From Eledone cirrhosa (lineage: Eukaryota), in contig OZ024740.1 in assembly GCA_964016885.1 (NCBI GenBank), positions 181,164,001 through 181,228,000 on the forward strand: a DNA stretch of 64,000 nucleotides, given 5' to 3'. Positions 11,930 to 25,859 of this stretch are shown piece by piece. Each line of letters opens with the position of its first letter. The first letter of the stretch is position 1. The notes below the pieces were generated by a model, which saw only the letters and a program-made list of their open reading frames with translations, was not told the DNA's origin and did no database searches. The position numbers and the translations under genes are program-made.

Positions 11930-12918
11930 TCTGTGTTTGCATGCAGTTACCAGTTCGTCTTTCTTGTTTAGGAGTTGGTCCATCGAAAACAATATTTGTA
12001 ATGTTTCCTCCGAGCATCAATTACACGGACGGCGTCCTCCCGTGTAAGAGTTGGCTCTGGACAGTATGCTCCAAGTGAGATCATAGGTTATATTGTTATC
12101 TTTGAGGTCCCATATGTGGCCCGAAAGTATGGTGGCGTGACGCCGGGCCGGGTTATGGAAAGTATGTTTGTGTTGGTATAGCCGGGTCTTGAAGTCACAA
12201 GCGGTTAATCCTATATAAGCTTTGTTGGAGGTGTCCGTCCTCACGTTGCACTGTTAGATCACATTACGATATCTGCATCTGTTGTCGAGGGGGCAAATGG
12301 ATCCATCAGGACAGTTGCGCCTTCCTGTCGGCTCTCCACTGCTTTTTAGGTTATTTCTTCCATAGGCGTTGAGTTTTGTTGTTGTTAGAGGAGACTATGT
12401 TTTCTGCAAAGTTAGGTGTGGTGCTGTAGGAGAGTTTGATGGTATTTTTGTCGATTATGTTGTGGTAGCGGTGTTGTAGTGGGAAGTGATTTTCGATGAG
12501 CCTAAAGAAGAGTTTCCCGATAGGTGTTGTCACCTCGGCGTTGTGGGGAAGATTGAACCATGTTACGTTACGTGAGCGGCGGTGTCGCCTGCTGGTTCCG
12601 CTAATGGAAGCTGGACAGTAGGATATTTCCTCCCGGAAACCACTCCGCTTGATGGCCTGGTTGTAATAAGGCGCATGTTCCTCGAATATCTGCTATTAGC
12701 GGACAAACGAGATATGCGGAGGGAGATGTTTTTAACCAGGTTATTGGTGATGTTTCTAGGATTGTTTGACCGGCGGTGGATGTAGTGAAGGTTATCGTTG
12801 GGTTTCCCCTCTGGGTAATACAGGTCATTATCGAGGTCAAGGGTAAGGTCCAGGATGTATACCCGGGTTAGGGACGTTTGTAGTGTTATTTTAAATCCCC
12901 AGTCGCGGAAGAGGCAGG
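11930..12918 (-). pseudogene. Degenerate PLE RT C-terminus and GIY-YIG endonuclease
   Basis: ILDLTLDLDNDLYYPEGKPNDNLHYIHRRSNNP; IDKNTIKLSYSTTPN; AYIGLTACDFKTRLYQHKHTF...LSGHIWDLKDNNITYDLTWSIL, split across frames. Confidence 0.85.
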
Positions 12919-13602
12919 ATTCTGAATTAATTTTTCGTATTAAATTTTTCATATATATCGTACGAGTATTTATGTAGTTTGTATTAGAATTTATGTATCG
13001 TAGCGGTACTCTTATATATCGTATTAGTATTCATTTTCGGGATTCTGAATTATTATTTCGTATTAGTTTCGGGACTCTGAATTATTATTTCGTAGTAGTT
13101 TCTTTAGTATGTTGGCCCCCTACTTGTTGACCTGTCACTGTAAGATAGATTTGGACGATTACTACTAACTCATAAAATTCTTTCACTACAATATCGTATT
13201 TAGTATTCCGTCCCACCTATTAAACTGTTCTATAGTTTAGCAGTACCAGTGAGAGACTTGATGATTGTGGTAGGGGAATAGTAACCAGAAATGTGTTGTT
13301 TTTTTTTAAATATTTTTAATATCCTTATTATTTTTCTATATATTTACTCCATATTGATTTACTTATTGTTTCGACTACCCCTCCTCCTCCCTAGTATAAT
13401 TCTTGACCTCTTATCCTTAGGATTCGGCTGTAGTTGGAACTGTCAACGCACGACTGGGTTTCCTCCACTCCCTCTCCCTCTTTCTTCTACTGGCAAGTTC
13501 AGCTACCCCTTCCTTCGCCAAAATGCCATGATAGAATTATGTGTCTCAACAACAAACTTTTGACCAGTCCTTGTGACAATCACTTTTACCATATATGGAA
13601 TT

Positions 13603-13698
13603 ACCCCCTGAGAATCTCGGCTATTCATGTACCAGGATAACAATTTTCATTTAGTCCAGATATAGCCGTCGAAACGGCTTGAGCTCAGCCGTCGGGGT
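13603..13698 (+). ncRNA. Hammerhead-like motif with imperfect core (mirror at 10699-10794, minus)
   Basis: ACCCC-CTGAGAA-..CGGCTAT...ATAGCCG..-GAAAC-GGCT(tgagctc)AGCC-GTC-GGGGT. All three stems are present, but the core deviates from CUGANGA. Confidence 0.55.
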
Positions 13699-13708
13699 CC
13701 TACTCGTT

Positions 13709-13745
<37 letters not shown>

Positions 13746-13746
13746 T

Positions 13747-13845
<99 letters not shown>

Positions 13846-14416
13846 ATATATAAACTATCCTTTCATGCACAGTTCATTTAATTCTAATGAGTTCCTCTTT
13901 ATTAAACCTGCATATGTATTGCTATAATTTGAACATGCCAACATTGCAGACACATTTGAATAATTTATTTGGGAAAAACTGAAACAAATGCTTTTATACA
14001 TACACATACGTCAATGTTTGACTTCGAACAAACTGATTTGTAAATCACTCCTACAATTGTTACATAAATATAAAAACACACCCTCTAAATTGCTTCCTGT
14101 CATTTGTCTAGTGGATTTTGTCTTCTATATACACACCACACACACACGCGCGCGCGCGCGCGTACACACAGACACACACACACGCACACACGCACACATA
14201 CACACGCACACACACACACGCGCACACACAGACATATATATATATATGATAGTGAGTATCTATATAGACGAATTCCACTCTTTTCGATTACAATGTATTA
14301 CAAATATGAAGAAATAGACACATGGTGAATTTTACTTGTAAGTATATGTTCATAGATACTCAATTTTATATAGGTACATATGTATATATTTATATATTTA
14401 TGTTTATATTCATATA

Positions 14417-14517
<101 letters not shown>

Positions 14518-14799
14518 TCATTTGCATATCCCAATGTAATATATTCACAAAGCATCATTGTGTATTAGCTAAAATGTCTGTGATAGATAATAAAGACGAA
14601 AATTGATTTTATTTTTCCTACAGTTATTCTGTTTGTTCCTTCTGGGATACGAGTGATGAAAAAGAAATGGTTTCTTCTTCATTTCATCCATAATTATTCC
14701 AGAAGATATATATTATCCGGCATTCACTTTTGTTCTCTTGATATCTCTTTTGTACTCTATTACAACGCACACATTCACAGGCACACCTCCACATAATGA

Positions 14800-16125
<1,326 letters not shown>

Positions 16126-17178
16126 CTCGGTCATTGAACAAGTGATTGATTTTTCAGGGTAAACTTGTCAGAATTCTGTGAGAGTAAAGAAAACATTGTA
16201 TGATATCAAGAACATAAACAAATTCTATCTAAATAACATTGTTAAAATAGTAATGGAATATAAGGATGTATAAGTAAATGGAATCTATTGGAATGATCGT
16301 TGCGTTTTGGGGGATGCCATCAGCAATAGTATTTTTATCGTATGTAACTATTGTTTTAAAACTAATATATTTGTTAAACTGTCCAATTGATAGATATCAA
16401 CTGAGGTAGTGTCTCGTAGAATTTCCTATATTATGATAGAAATGACAGCTGTGAGAGGTTTACATTGCTGTTTTTCCCTGATTTTCCTGTAATTTTAGTT
16501 TTAATTCTTAGCGGATATCTTCTGCTTTCTTCTTTCTCATCCAATAATGTTGATATTATTTTGTTTGTTTTACTGTTTGTGTTATTGTTGTTTTATGAAG
16601 GTTAGAGTCAATAACTGTGGACTAAAGGGCCAGAAGCCAATACAATTTTATAAAGATAGTGTTTTAAGCGCAGTCACGAGATGTCTCTCGTTTGATTGAT
16701 CTATTTAGTGATGACAATGTGGAAGATGCGAAATTATGTTAAGTGTGGGAACGTCTAAAATTACTGATCACTGTTTCCATTGTCTTACTTTTACAACTTA
16801 TATTAACAATATTATCGATATCAACCGCGAAACAAATAGGATTCTGATTGATCAAACATACGGGTTGAGTGTGTGTGTGTGGGGCGGGGGGGGGGGGATC
16901 CACATGGTTATAATATAGACCGTTCATTAAAAAAAAAAACATGAATTGTAGAAATCAGATGAGGATATAGAAGGAATATCACACAACCTGCCTAAAATTA
17001 GATTATATGCATTCTATCACAACAAATGCAAGTTGTCCGATATAAACCACATATATTCCTTGAATGTTCCTATTTAACATGTTTAAAACAGTTTCTGTAA
17101 AGTAATAAGTTTTATGCCAGTGGTAAAAAAAAAACTTGCTAGGGTTGATGAGCGGTTAGGTCGTCTATTAAAATGGTC

Positions 17179-17275
<97 letters not shown>

Positions 17276-17961
17276 TATATATCTCTCTCTCCCCCACTCA
17301 CTTATCCTATTTCTCTACCACCACCTATCCTCGTTCTCACCCTCTCTCTGCTCTCTTACTACTTCCGTCTTCCATCGTCTCCCCCTCTTTACGCCTGTTC
17401 TCGTTAAGACAAACGTGTTTCTCTTAGGTCTCTCTCTCTAGCTATTAATAAGGTCTCAAGGCTTACACTCGTTCGCCTTTTAAACTTCTTCCTCTCTCCC
17501 CTTGGTTACTGCTACATACATGTACTACTGTCTGGTGTTCCCCCTCTCTATCGGCATGTTTTCTGTTTTTTTATTCTGTTTATTTCCCTTCGCTTTGATA
17601 TCGTCCCTTTCTATGTATTTCCCTTCCCTAATAACTACCTGAAGGTATTAACGCACTGTGGATAGATGTATTGCCTTTAATGCGTCGAAACATCAGAGTT
17701 CAACAGCAGATAACTGAAGACCGTACTTCCCTTATCTTTGTGTTTCCCTTACATTTCTAAACACTCTTTATTAGTAAATACACAGCAACTTTTCCCTTTT
17801 AATTCTTATATACTTATATACATACTAGACCACCCTGGACCCGTTGGGTCGGGTTCACTTAAAAAATGATTTTTAAATAATTGAAATATACACATAAACG
17901 TATATAATGTAAAATTGAATTGGAAGGCCCATATATGTGTGGGTCTGTGTGTGTGTGTGTG

Positions 17962-18010
<49 letters not shown>

Positions 18011-18030
18011 GTGTGTATGTGTGTGTGTGT

Positions 18031-18082
<52 letters not shown>

Positions 18083-18270
18083 TGCCTGTCACCTATATAC
18101 ACCGGTAAGACACACTCACATTATATATATATGTATATAAATATATGTAAGAGGTAAACAGAAATAACCAACATAATCGGTACAGTATATGGTACAGTAT
18201 ATGGAATCCCGTATTAAGCCGTAGTGTCCAGCAACCATCGTTGCTCGTTTGTTCAACACTGACAAAGGAA

Positions 18271-18311
18271 CGCTGTACTAGTTTCAAGCTTATTAGCTAT
18301 CTTCAGCAACG
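18271..18311 (-). ncRNA. Minimal type I hammerhead ribozyme, unit 1
   Basis: CGUUG-CUGAAGA-U-AGCU(aaua)AGCU-U-GAAAC-UA-GUA-CAGCG; palindromic stem III ACUAGU. Confidence 0.82.
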
Positions 18312-18692
18312 TATACCTTCCTGCCAGATCGTTGAACGTATATACTTACCGTATGCATATTAACGGCTGACTAGCCCAATTTGCATATCGAGTGGGTTAA
18401 TCAGCCGGGTGCACCGAACACGATAAACGGAAAAAATGAAACGAAATTTCATTTCCCACACTTAGTACGGCTGTTACATAAATATAAGTATGTACACGTA
18501 CATACATATGTGTATACAGACGTACAGTAGTATGTATATATATATATACATGCATTCACACATATATATATGTACGTATGGATTCACTGAACATTTATTA
18601 TAATGCTCGGTGTGTTTGTAAACAAACATCCCGTATTAAGCCGTAGTGTCCAGCAACCATCCTTGCTCGTTTGTTCAACACTGACAAAGGAA

Positions 18693-18733
18693 CGCTGTAT
18701 TAGTTTCAAGCGTATTAGCTATCGTCAGCAACG
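18693..18733 (-). ncRNA. Minimal hammerhead ribozyme, unit 2
   Basis: CGUUG-CUGACGA-UAGCU(aaua)CGCUU-GAAAC-UA-AUA-CAGCG; the stem III pair is mismatched. Confidence 0.65.
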
Positions 18734-19111
18734 TATACCTTCCTGCGAGATTGTTGACGTATATACTTACTGTATTCATATTAACGGCTGAGTAACCCAA
18801 GTTGCATATCGAGTGGGTTAATCGGCCGGGTGCACCGAAAACAATAAACGGAAAAAATGAAACGAAATTTCATTTCCCACTCTTAGTACGGCTGTTACTT
18901 CAATATATGTATGTACACGTACATACATATATGTATACAGACGTACAGTAGTAAGTATATATATATACATACATGCACACATATATATATGTACGTATAG
19001 ATTCACCGAAAATATATTATAATGCTCGGTGTGTTTGTAAACAAACATCCTGTATTAAGCCGTAGTGTCCAGCAACCATCGTTGCGCGTTTGTTCAACAC
19101 TGACAAAGGAA

Positions 19112-19151
19112 CGCTGTACTAGTTTCAAGCTTATTAGCTACCGTAGCAACG
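19112..19151 (-). ncRNA. Degenerate hammerhead, unit 3
   Basis: Core reads CUACGG instead of CUGACGA; the rest is conserved. Confidence 0.5.
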
Positions 19152-19324
19152 TATACCTTCCTGTCAGATTGTTGAACGTATATACTTACCTTATGCATAT
19201 TAACGGCTGAGTAGCCCAATTTGCATATCGACTGGGTTAATCGGCCGGGTGCACCGAAAACGATAAACTGAAAAAATGAAAGGAAATTTCATTTCCCATA
19301 TATGTATATATATATATATATATA

Positions 19325-19648
19325 TATAAACGTTTGTATTTGTAAAGCCAAAACAATGTAGTATGGACATAGAATATAAATGCAAATGTAAAAGATATAG
19401 TTGACAATTAGTCTATTAACTTAGATTTATTTAAATGTCCTTAATTTTCGAGATAATATATCTTCTTCGGAGGGAAGTAAAGCGGTTAAACAAACCTTCT
19501 AAATAGCTTGCCAAGGAAATGGTATAGAGTATCTGTTCTATCTCTAATGTCAAAGAGTGATGGTTAGGTGGATAAAGAATAGTCTCCCTTTAAAATGGGT
19601 TTTAGTACATGTTTGTTTAAGTGTGTGGGAGAATACGTGAAGGTGTAA

Positions 19649-19683
<35 letters not shown>

Positions 19684-20249
19684 TGTGAGGAGATATGTCT
19701 ATACGTAAATGTGGGGGATAGATGCTCTCTCGTGTTAGAATTGCTCTTTCTGTGTGTATGTGTGTGTGTGAGAGAGAGAATAACACACACACACACACGC
19801 TTACACATCCATTTATTCTCTTTCACGCACAAACACATACACACACAAAGACCAATTCTAACACGAGAGAGCATCTGTCCCCCACATTTACGTATAAACA
19901 TATCTTCTCACACTCACACCCACCCACCCACACACATACTTACACCTTCACGTATTCTCCCACACACTTAAACATACATGTAAAAAAACCCTTTTAAAGG
20001 GAGACTACTCTCTATCCACCTAACCTTCACTCTTTGACATTAGAGATAGAACATATACTCTATATCATTTCGTGTGAGCATAACTTGGCAAGATATTTAG
20101 AACACTGGTTTAACCGCTTTACTTCCCTCCGAAGAAGAGATATTATCATTTGCATTTATATTCTATGTCCATACCTGCATTGTTTTGGCTTTACAAATAC
20201 AAACGTTTATACCTCACTACACAATGCTTCAAGTGAACTATAACTTCCT

Positions 20250-20252
<3 letters not shown>
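19325..20252. mobile_element. Non-coding foldback with right-hand tail
   Basis: Arms ~19325-19770 and ~19828-20211 (the right arm lacks ~65 nt); tail 20212-20252. A degenerate HHR-like motif CCGAAGA...AUCUC-GAAA lies at 19438-19475 (-). Confidence 0.8.
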
Positions 20253-20322
<70 letters not shown>

Positions 20323-20326
<4 letters not shown>

Positions 20327-21921
20327 ATAACAATTTATCGTTTCCGTAAGAGGTTCTGAGTACTCGGTACTCTGGATTATTTTAATGTACGGCGTTGTTT
20401 GACTCAACAAGTGGTTTCCTTAGTTAGGTAGCGAGTTGCGAGAGTTCCCATGCAGGTCATTCTTGGAGTAATAGTAATGAGAGATTGAAGAATAACATGG
20501 TCGGCTGAAGAAAAAGATTTTATTTACAGTATTAACAATTGTTTCATTGATGCGGTGAATCGAAAGGCTGCGAATCACTCGAAATTGCATCACTTGACCT
20601 TAAATACAGTGTATGTCCCTGATCAAATCATCGCAATACTTGAGGGTGTAACTCATGACAATGGTATTTATAGATACATCGGAGAATCAAGTGAATGAAA
20701 ACAATAACATCAATAATAAAAGATAATAATAAAGAAGTAATAATGAAAATGATAAAGATGTAAAACATAAGTAAAAAATAAATACAAAATACGGTTGCTG
20801 ATAATAGTAGTAGTGGTGGTGGCAGTTGAAGTTATAATGGTGTGTACGTGGATGTGTAAAATAGTGATGACAGTAAAGATAACAATAACATGAAAAGAAA
20901 TACGAATTATATGATATGTTGTATATAGTGTTTATGAATTGATGAAATAAAAATGCAAGAGGTACAATAGAATATCAGAGGATTAAAATAAAAAAATTAA
21001 AATAAAAAAGGAAGAGAGAAAGAGATAAGGAAGAGGAGACAGAGAATAAGAATAAGGATTCGAGGATTAGACATATAGGGTAGGACTAAGGACGGGGAAG
21101 CAGTGGATAGATAGATAGAGAATAAAAAGTGAAATGGGCAGTGGTGATATATTGGTGATTAAGGTTGGTAGACTGATTGTTTTATCTTAATGGAGATGGT
21201 GCGGTTATAGAGAGAGAGAGAGTGAAAGAAAGGTTGGGAGATTCATGATGTTGATTTAATGTTCGGTTGGTCGGTTGACAGCTAATAATAGAGCAGTGGT
21301 GTGAAGCTAGTACATTAAAACCAGGGTGGTTTTGACTGAGTTCTGAGATTGCTGGATCAAATGATGCCGGCTGTGGTTTGAAGATAGAGAACTCGGAGGC
21401 TGCTTTGTGCCAAGAGAAAATGGTTTGCTCTATCTTGTTCATTTTATCATACTTTAAAATATGGACCAGCTCCATATTGCATAGTCGGCAGTGGGACATT
21501 CCATTTTTGTAGGCCCTTGCACTCGATAAATTCGATCAGCTAATCTCATATTCCTGGTTGATGTCCTTAAGCTGCCAGAACTTATTGGCCAGCGCCGTTA
21601 CATTCTCAAGGCTACGGTTTTTTTATAGAATGCCTATGCACATACCTTTCATGTTTACTTCTTTATTATTATCATTTATTATTGATGATGTTGTTTTCAT
21701 TCACTTGATCCCCCGATGTAACTATAATAAATACCAATGCCATGTGTTACACCCTCCAGTATTGCGATGATTTGATCAGAGACACACACTGTATTTAAGG
21801 TCGAGTGACGCAATTTCGAGTGATTAGTCGCCTTTAGACTCACCTGATCAATGAAACAATTGTTAATACTGTAAATAAACCCTGTTTGTATAGCCGACCA
21901 TGTTGTTCTTCACTCTTTCAC
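20323..21921 (-). mobile_element. 5'-truncated PLE (endonuclease C-terminus only) with inverted arms
   Basis: Arms 20478-20740 and 21655-21921. The minus strand at ~21400-21650 reads HRHSIKNRSLENVTALANKFWQLKDINQEYEIS*SNLSSARAYKNGMSHCRLCNME. Confidence 0.82.
21757..21871 (+). ncRNA. Hammerhead-like motif with long stem II and variant core (mirror at 20527-20640, minus)
   Basis: CAGTATT-GCGATGA-T-TTGATC...GATCAA-T-GAAAC-AATT-GTT-AATACTG: 7-bp stem I and palindromic stem III. Confidence 0.55.
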
Positions 21922-21940
21922 TATATATATATATATATAA

Positions 21941-22145
21941 AACGAAGGATGTGTGGTAAGGAACCAGATGGACCATAACGCACCAGAGTACTCAATACTT
22001 AGGTCAGTAGAGTGGGTAATAGGAAATTGTTCAAGACTCCGACGGCAGAGCTCAAGCCGTCTCGACGGCTATTTCTGGACGGCGTCCAGAAATAGCCGCC
22101 AAAACGGCTTGAGCTCTGCCGTCGGGGTCTTGAACAATTTCCTAT
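21941..22145. mobile_element. Mini foldback of the 10607-family terminus
   Basis: Tail AACGAAGG...GTGGTAAGGAACCAGATGGACCATAACGCACC; arms 22019-22081 and 22083-22145 with a 1-nt loop; contains only the HHR 3' half. Confidence 0.85.
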
Positions 22146-23479
22146 ATATATATGTATATACATTCATTACTACGTATATATGTATGTGTATGTGAGTCCA
22201 TACATATAAATGTGGTTTGGTATGTGGTTCTATACACTTGTTTTTGTGTATGCGTAACCAAAACATGAGTAGAGAATTCGAGCAGAAAGACTATGTTATT
22301 TATAGCAGGGTCAATTATATCCATCAGTCCACTTTCCGTTTAGTGATCGGTGAAATAAATAGCAGACAAAGTACTAAAGTCGTTATAATTGACACAAACC
22401 TCCGAAGATAAAACAATCACAACTAAAGAATAAAAGAATAAATGAATCTTTTTTTTTTTTATTAGTGAAAAGAAAATAGAAGACAAGGAAGGTTTAGCTA
22501 TTAGTACAAGACACGGATTTAGATAAAACGAAAATAAAATAAAGAAATCCACACTGATCCTGATATAACTGTACACATTCTCGTTGTCGTTCATTACTTT
22601 TTTTCTGTGGTGGGATTGAGTTTATTATGAACAATATCACTTTAGCTCGATGTCCCTGAAAAGGCCAGTCAATCTGTAATATCATCAATTAAGACATTTG
22701 CCGAGGGACCTACTCACTTTAAAATAGAAAACATACCATTTATATCGTGAATGTTTTCTGTATATATCTGTTTATACATATGTTGTTAGTTTATCAGCTC
22801 CATCTGTTCTACAATTATTCCTGCTGAGACTATTCAGTAACAGCAAAAACATCAATGGGACATTTGTGAGGTCGGGCCATTCTACTAGTAGCAACTAAAA
22901 CAACAATGATAAAGGAATAAAATACTTTCTCGTGACGAATGAATCTGTTAGAAAGGTTAAAGCCCAAACTAAATTGATGATTTTAACAATCATCAGTTGT
23001 ATAATTCGCTCTCTAAACCTATAACATCAGACATGAGGATTTGATAATATACATTACCACTATTGAAGTTCGATATCATAGCTGTTAAACACACCTTACA
23101 ACTCTTGTGAGAGGTGTCCGTCGAAATGTTATGTCACTGGTTGCAAGCATTGAAATTGGTTCTAATCATAGAAACAACAACAGCAGGCTGATATATACTT
23201 TGTTATTTGAATAATATCTGATATAATTAACATATTTTGTATTGATAAGAAAGAGTAAATTGGGTGGAGCTGTCAGCTTGAACATTATAGTGCGAATTTT
23301 AAAGGCAGGTGTATAGGTTCAAGGACACGATGCTGAATATAGAGGTTTCGTAGAATATATCAACCTCACAACTGATGCTTATATTATTTCATTGAGAAGA
23401 TAGATATCATGAACGTTTTACATATGTTTTCCTCACTGCCTTTATTCTGATAATCTACTTACCTCTTATAATGTTTTCT

Positions 23480-23680
23480 GATCTAGGTTCAAGGCTGACA
23501 GTATTTGCGCAGGGGATAGTCGATAAAATTGACCCCTGTGCGTTACTGTCATTTATTTATCCACCCCATAATTATGGAAGGCAAAGCTAATCTCTGGAGG
23601 ATTTGAAATCAGAACGCATATGGCCGTAACTCTATGCCAAAAAGTATGTTATTTGACGCTCTACCGATACTGCCAATTCC
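23480..23680 (-). mobile_element. Diverged SINE copy
   Basis: GTCGATAAAATTGACCCC...GGCAAAG...GGATTTGAAATCAGAACG...CTCTACCGATACTGCCAAT, similar to 8815-9000. Confidence 0.6.
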
Positions 23681-25424
23681 CTTACTTTTACCTCTTATAA
23701 TATCAATATATAGATGGGAAAAGACTTGCAATTCTCTAACTAGTGAACGTATTAATATATCTCTACATTGATTTTATATGTAATTAAATTGGAGCGAATA
23801 TGTTAATCTAATATAAAAAATATATTCTGCTATGCGCTTGTGAATAATAAACAACTGCATTCAAGCAACTTGATGATAAGAAACCAATAGGAAACTCTAG
23901 ATGCCGAGAAAAATGGTAAAGATAGCAGCCAACATCTTCCCTTATTAATACCAACAGCTGCACATAATGTTGGCTGCTATGTACACAAATATTGGGAGAG
24001 TAAAAGCTAGAACTGGGGCTGAACAACACAAAACACTTAATAGTAATATGCTGAGGCCTCATCAATCATTTATTTCATAATTAATCTAAAGAGAATCATT
24101 TGACTTGTATTTGCATTCTTGTAATGAAAACATTTTTTTCTTAAATTATACTGATATGCATCATAGGATCCGAGGAATTATGTGAGCAGTTCTATATCTT
24201 CATAATTATTCATCAACATTATGTACTATTTTGCTTTTATCATTATAGTGTTTCTGGGTGAAAACGCAATTCATATGTTTCTCTTTTTATTCTCAACAAA
24301 CCTGTAACACGCTTAACCAGATGAATAAGCATGATTTAAATGCAAGTTAACGGTGCATATGTATTTATAGAATGGATAACAGCTGGATTAGACAGACATG
24401 CAAGCACCAAATGTTTGCTTCAATAGACTATCTACACAAAGAATGAAAAGAATAAACAGCTGAGTTAGTGTTGATAGAAAACTTGTTAAATCAATCAAAA
24501 AGTTCTAAAGTGTAGCGGGGCCATATATAAAAGCAAAACAGCAAAACGTGGTTTTTGTACTGCGTAAAATGTTTACATTTACAAAAAATGTGAAATGTAT
24601 AATATTATCTAATATCTCTTTTCATCCACATGAAAATTATCGTTTTCTATTTATTTGGGTTAATTTGATAAATGTATTATTTTGATTTCAAAGTAACCTT
24701 TTCATTGAATTACGTTTTGTTTATGCTATTTTCTATAATTAAAGGCAATTTTATAAAATAAATACGTTTATCTGGAAACAATATGCCCATATTTGTGACA
24801 AATGTATTAATATTTTTATGGTGGAAAAAATATACATTAGCTGAACAATTCTGTAAAATGCTGCAGATTGAATACTCAATACAAATGCAAAAGCATCATT
24901 TAAGGAAAAAACTAAATAAAATGTTTCGGATAAACGAAAGAAACTGCCATATTTCATAGTTTATTTTAATGGAATCATGAATTATGAAACATTGACCGGA
25001 ATACTAATGGCATATTAAATGATAAAACGCCGAAAATATTATTTTTGTGTCATATTATTTTGATATATCACGAACAAATGATAAACACAGGCTGTAAACA
25101 GATGAGAGTACAACAATAACAATGCAGGTATTGGGGGAAATCCTTATATAAAAACGATGCAAAACATTACAAAATGTTTTCATATAGAGAAGAAATGAAT
25201 TAATCTGCAGAAGGCTATATAAAAGAACAAGAAATCACAAAGCTAATAATTGAAATGTATGAAAGATGTAGCTATACTACATTTATCTTCTGTAAGCTAC
25301 AATAAATAAGTAAACCAAACGATTCTCTATTGGTTAAGTCAGGAGTGGCAAATCGACGGTATTGGTGTATACAGACGTTTGTAAAGAGGGAGATCAGAAT
25401 GGGTTCTTAATAGAATTCTAGTTT

Positions 25425-25563
25425 GAAGAAGAAGAAGAAGAAGAAGAAGAAGAAGAAGAAGAAGAAGAAGAAGAAGAAGAAGAAGAAGAAGAAGAAGAAG
25501 AAAGAGGAGGAGGAGGAACAGGAGGAGGTGAAGAAGAAGAAGAAGGAGGAGGAGAATAATAAA

Positions 25564-25607
<44 letters not shown>

Positions 25608-25620
25608 TAATAATAATAAT
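25425..25620. repeat. Compound (GAA)n/(GAG)n/(AAT)n microsatellite
   Basis: Seen directly. Confidence 0.95.
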
Positions 25621-25859
25621 AAACCAAAAATCAAAATCAAAACAGCACAGCAACAACGAAAAACGTAAAGAAAAGAAAAATGAAAAGAAAAACAAACAGA
25701 CAGACAGAGAAGGAAAAGGGGAAAAAAAACAAAAAGAAAACACTAAGTAAGACATTCAAACATTACATTACAATGAAACTTATGCTTATTCTTTTTTTTT
25801 TTTTTTACCTATTTGTTTGTTTGTTTATTTATGTTCGTCTACAGCGTGATAGTGCCACA

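Larger units (their letters stand above)
10607..13710 (-). mobile_element. 5'-truncated PLE with inverted terminal arms
   Basis: Arms 10687-11451 and 12919-13710; tail 10607-10686; RT/EN remnant between the arms; flanked by (TA)n. Confidence 0.88.
18148..19298 (-). mobile_element. Tandem array of ~420-nt HHR-containing units (non-LTR retrozyme-like)
   Basis: Units start at 18206, 18628 and 19047 (periods 422 and 419). Each has a minus-strand HHR, there is no coding capacity, and the array is flanked by TA-rich tracts. Confidence 0.8.

Noticed and set aside
17633-17700. Hammerhead-like CTGAAGG...ACGCA/TGCGT-CGAAAC-ATC
   Set aside because: Core and stem III are too degenerate to call; possibly a decayed pLTR.
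18206-19298. CRISPR-like regular repeats
   Set aside because: The units are ~420-nt whole-unit duplications without unique spacers, in eukaryotic DNA with no cas genes.
21536-21538. In-frame TGA in a PLE endonuclease as possible selenocysteine
   Set aside because: It falls at the conserved Trp (I.W.I motif), not a Cys, in a decayed copy; a TGG-to-TGA mutation is simpler.
25339-25755. Poly-K/N, poly-L and poly-S ORFs
   Set aside because: Translations of trinucleotide microsatellites.
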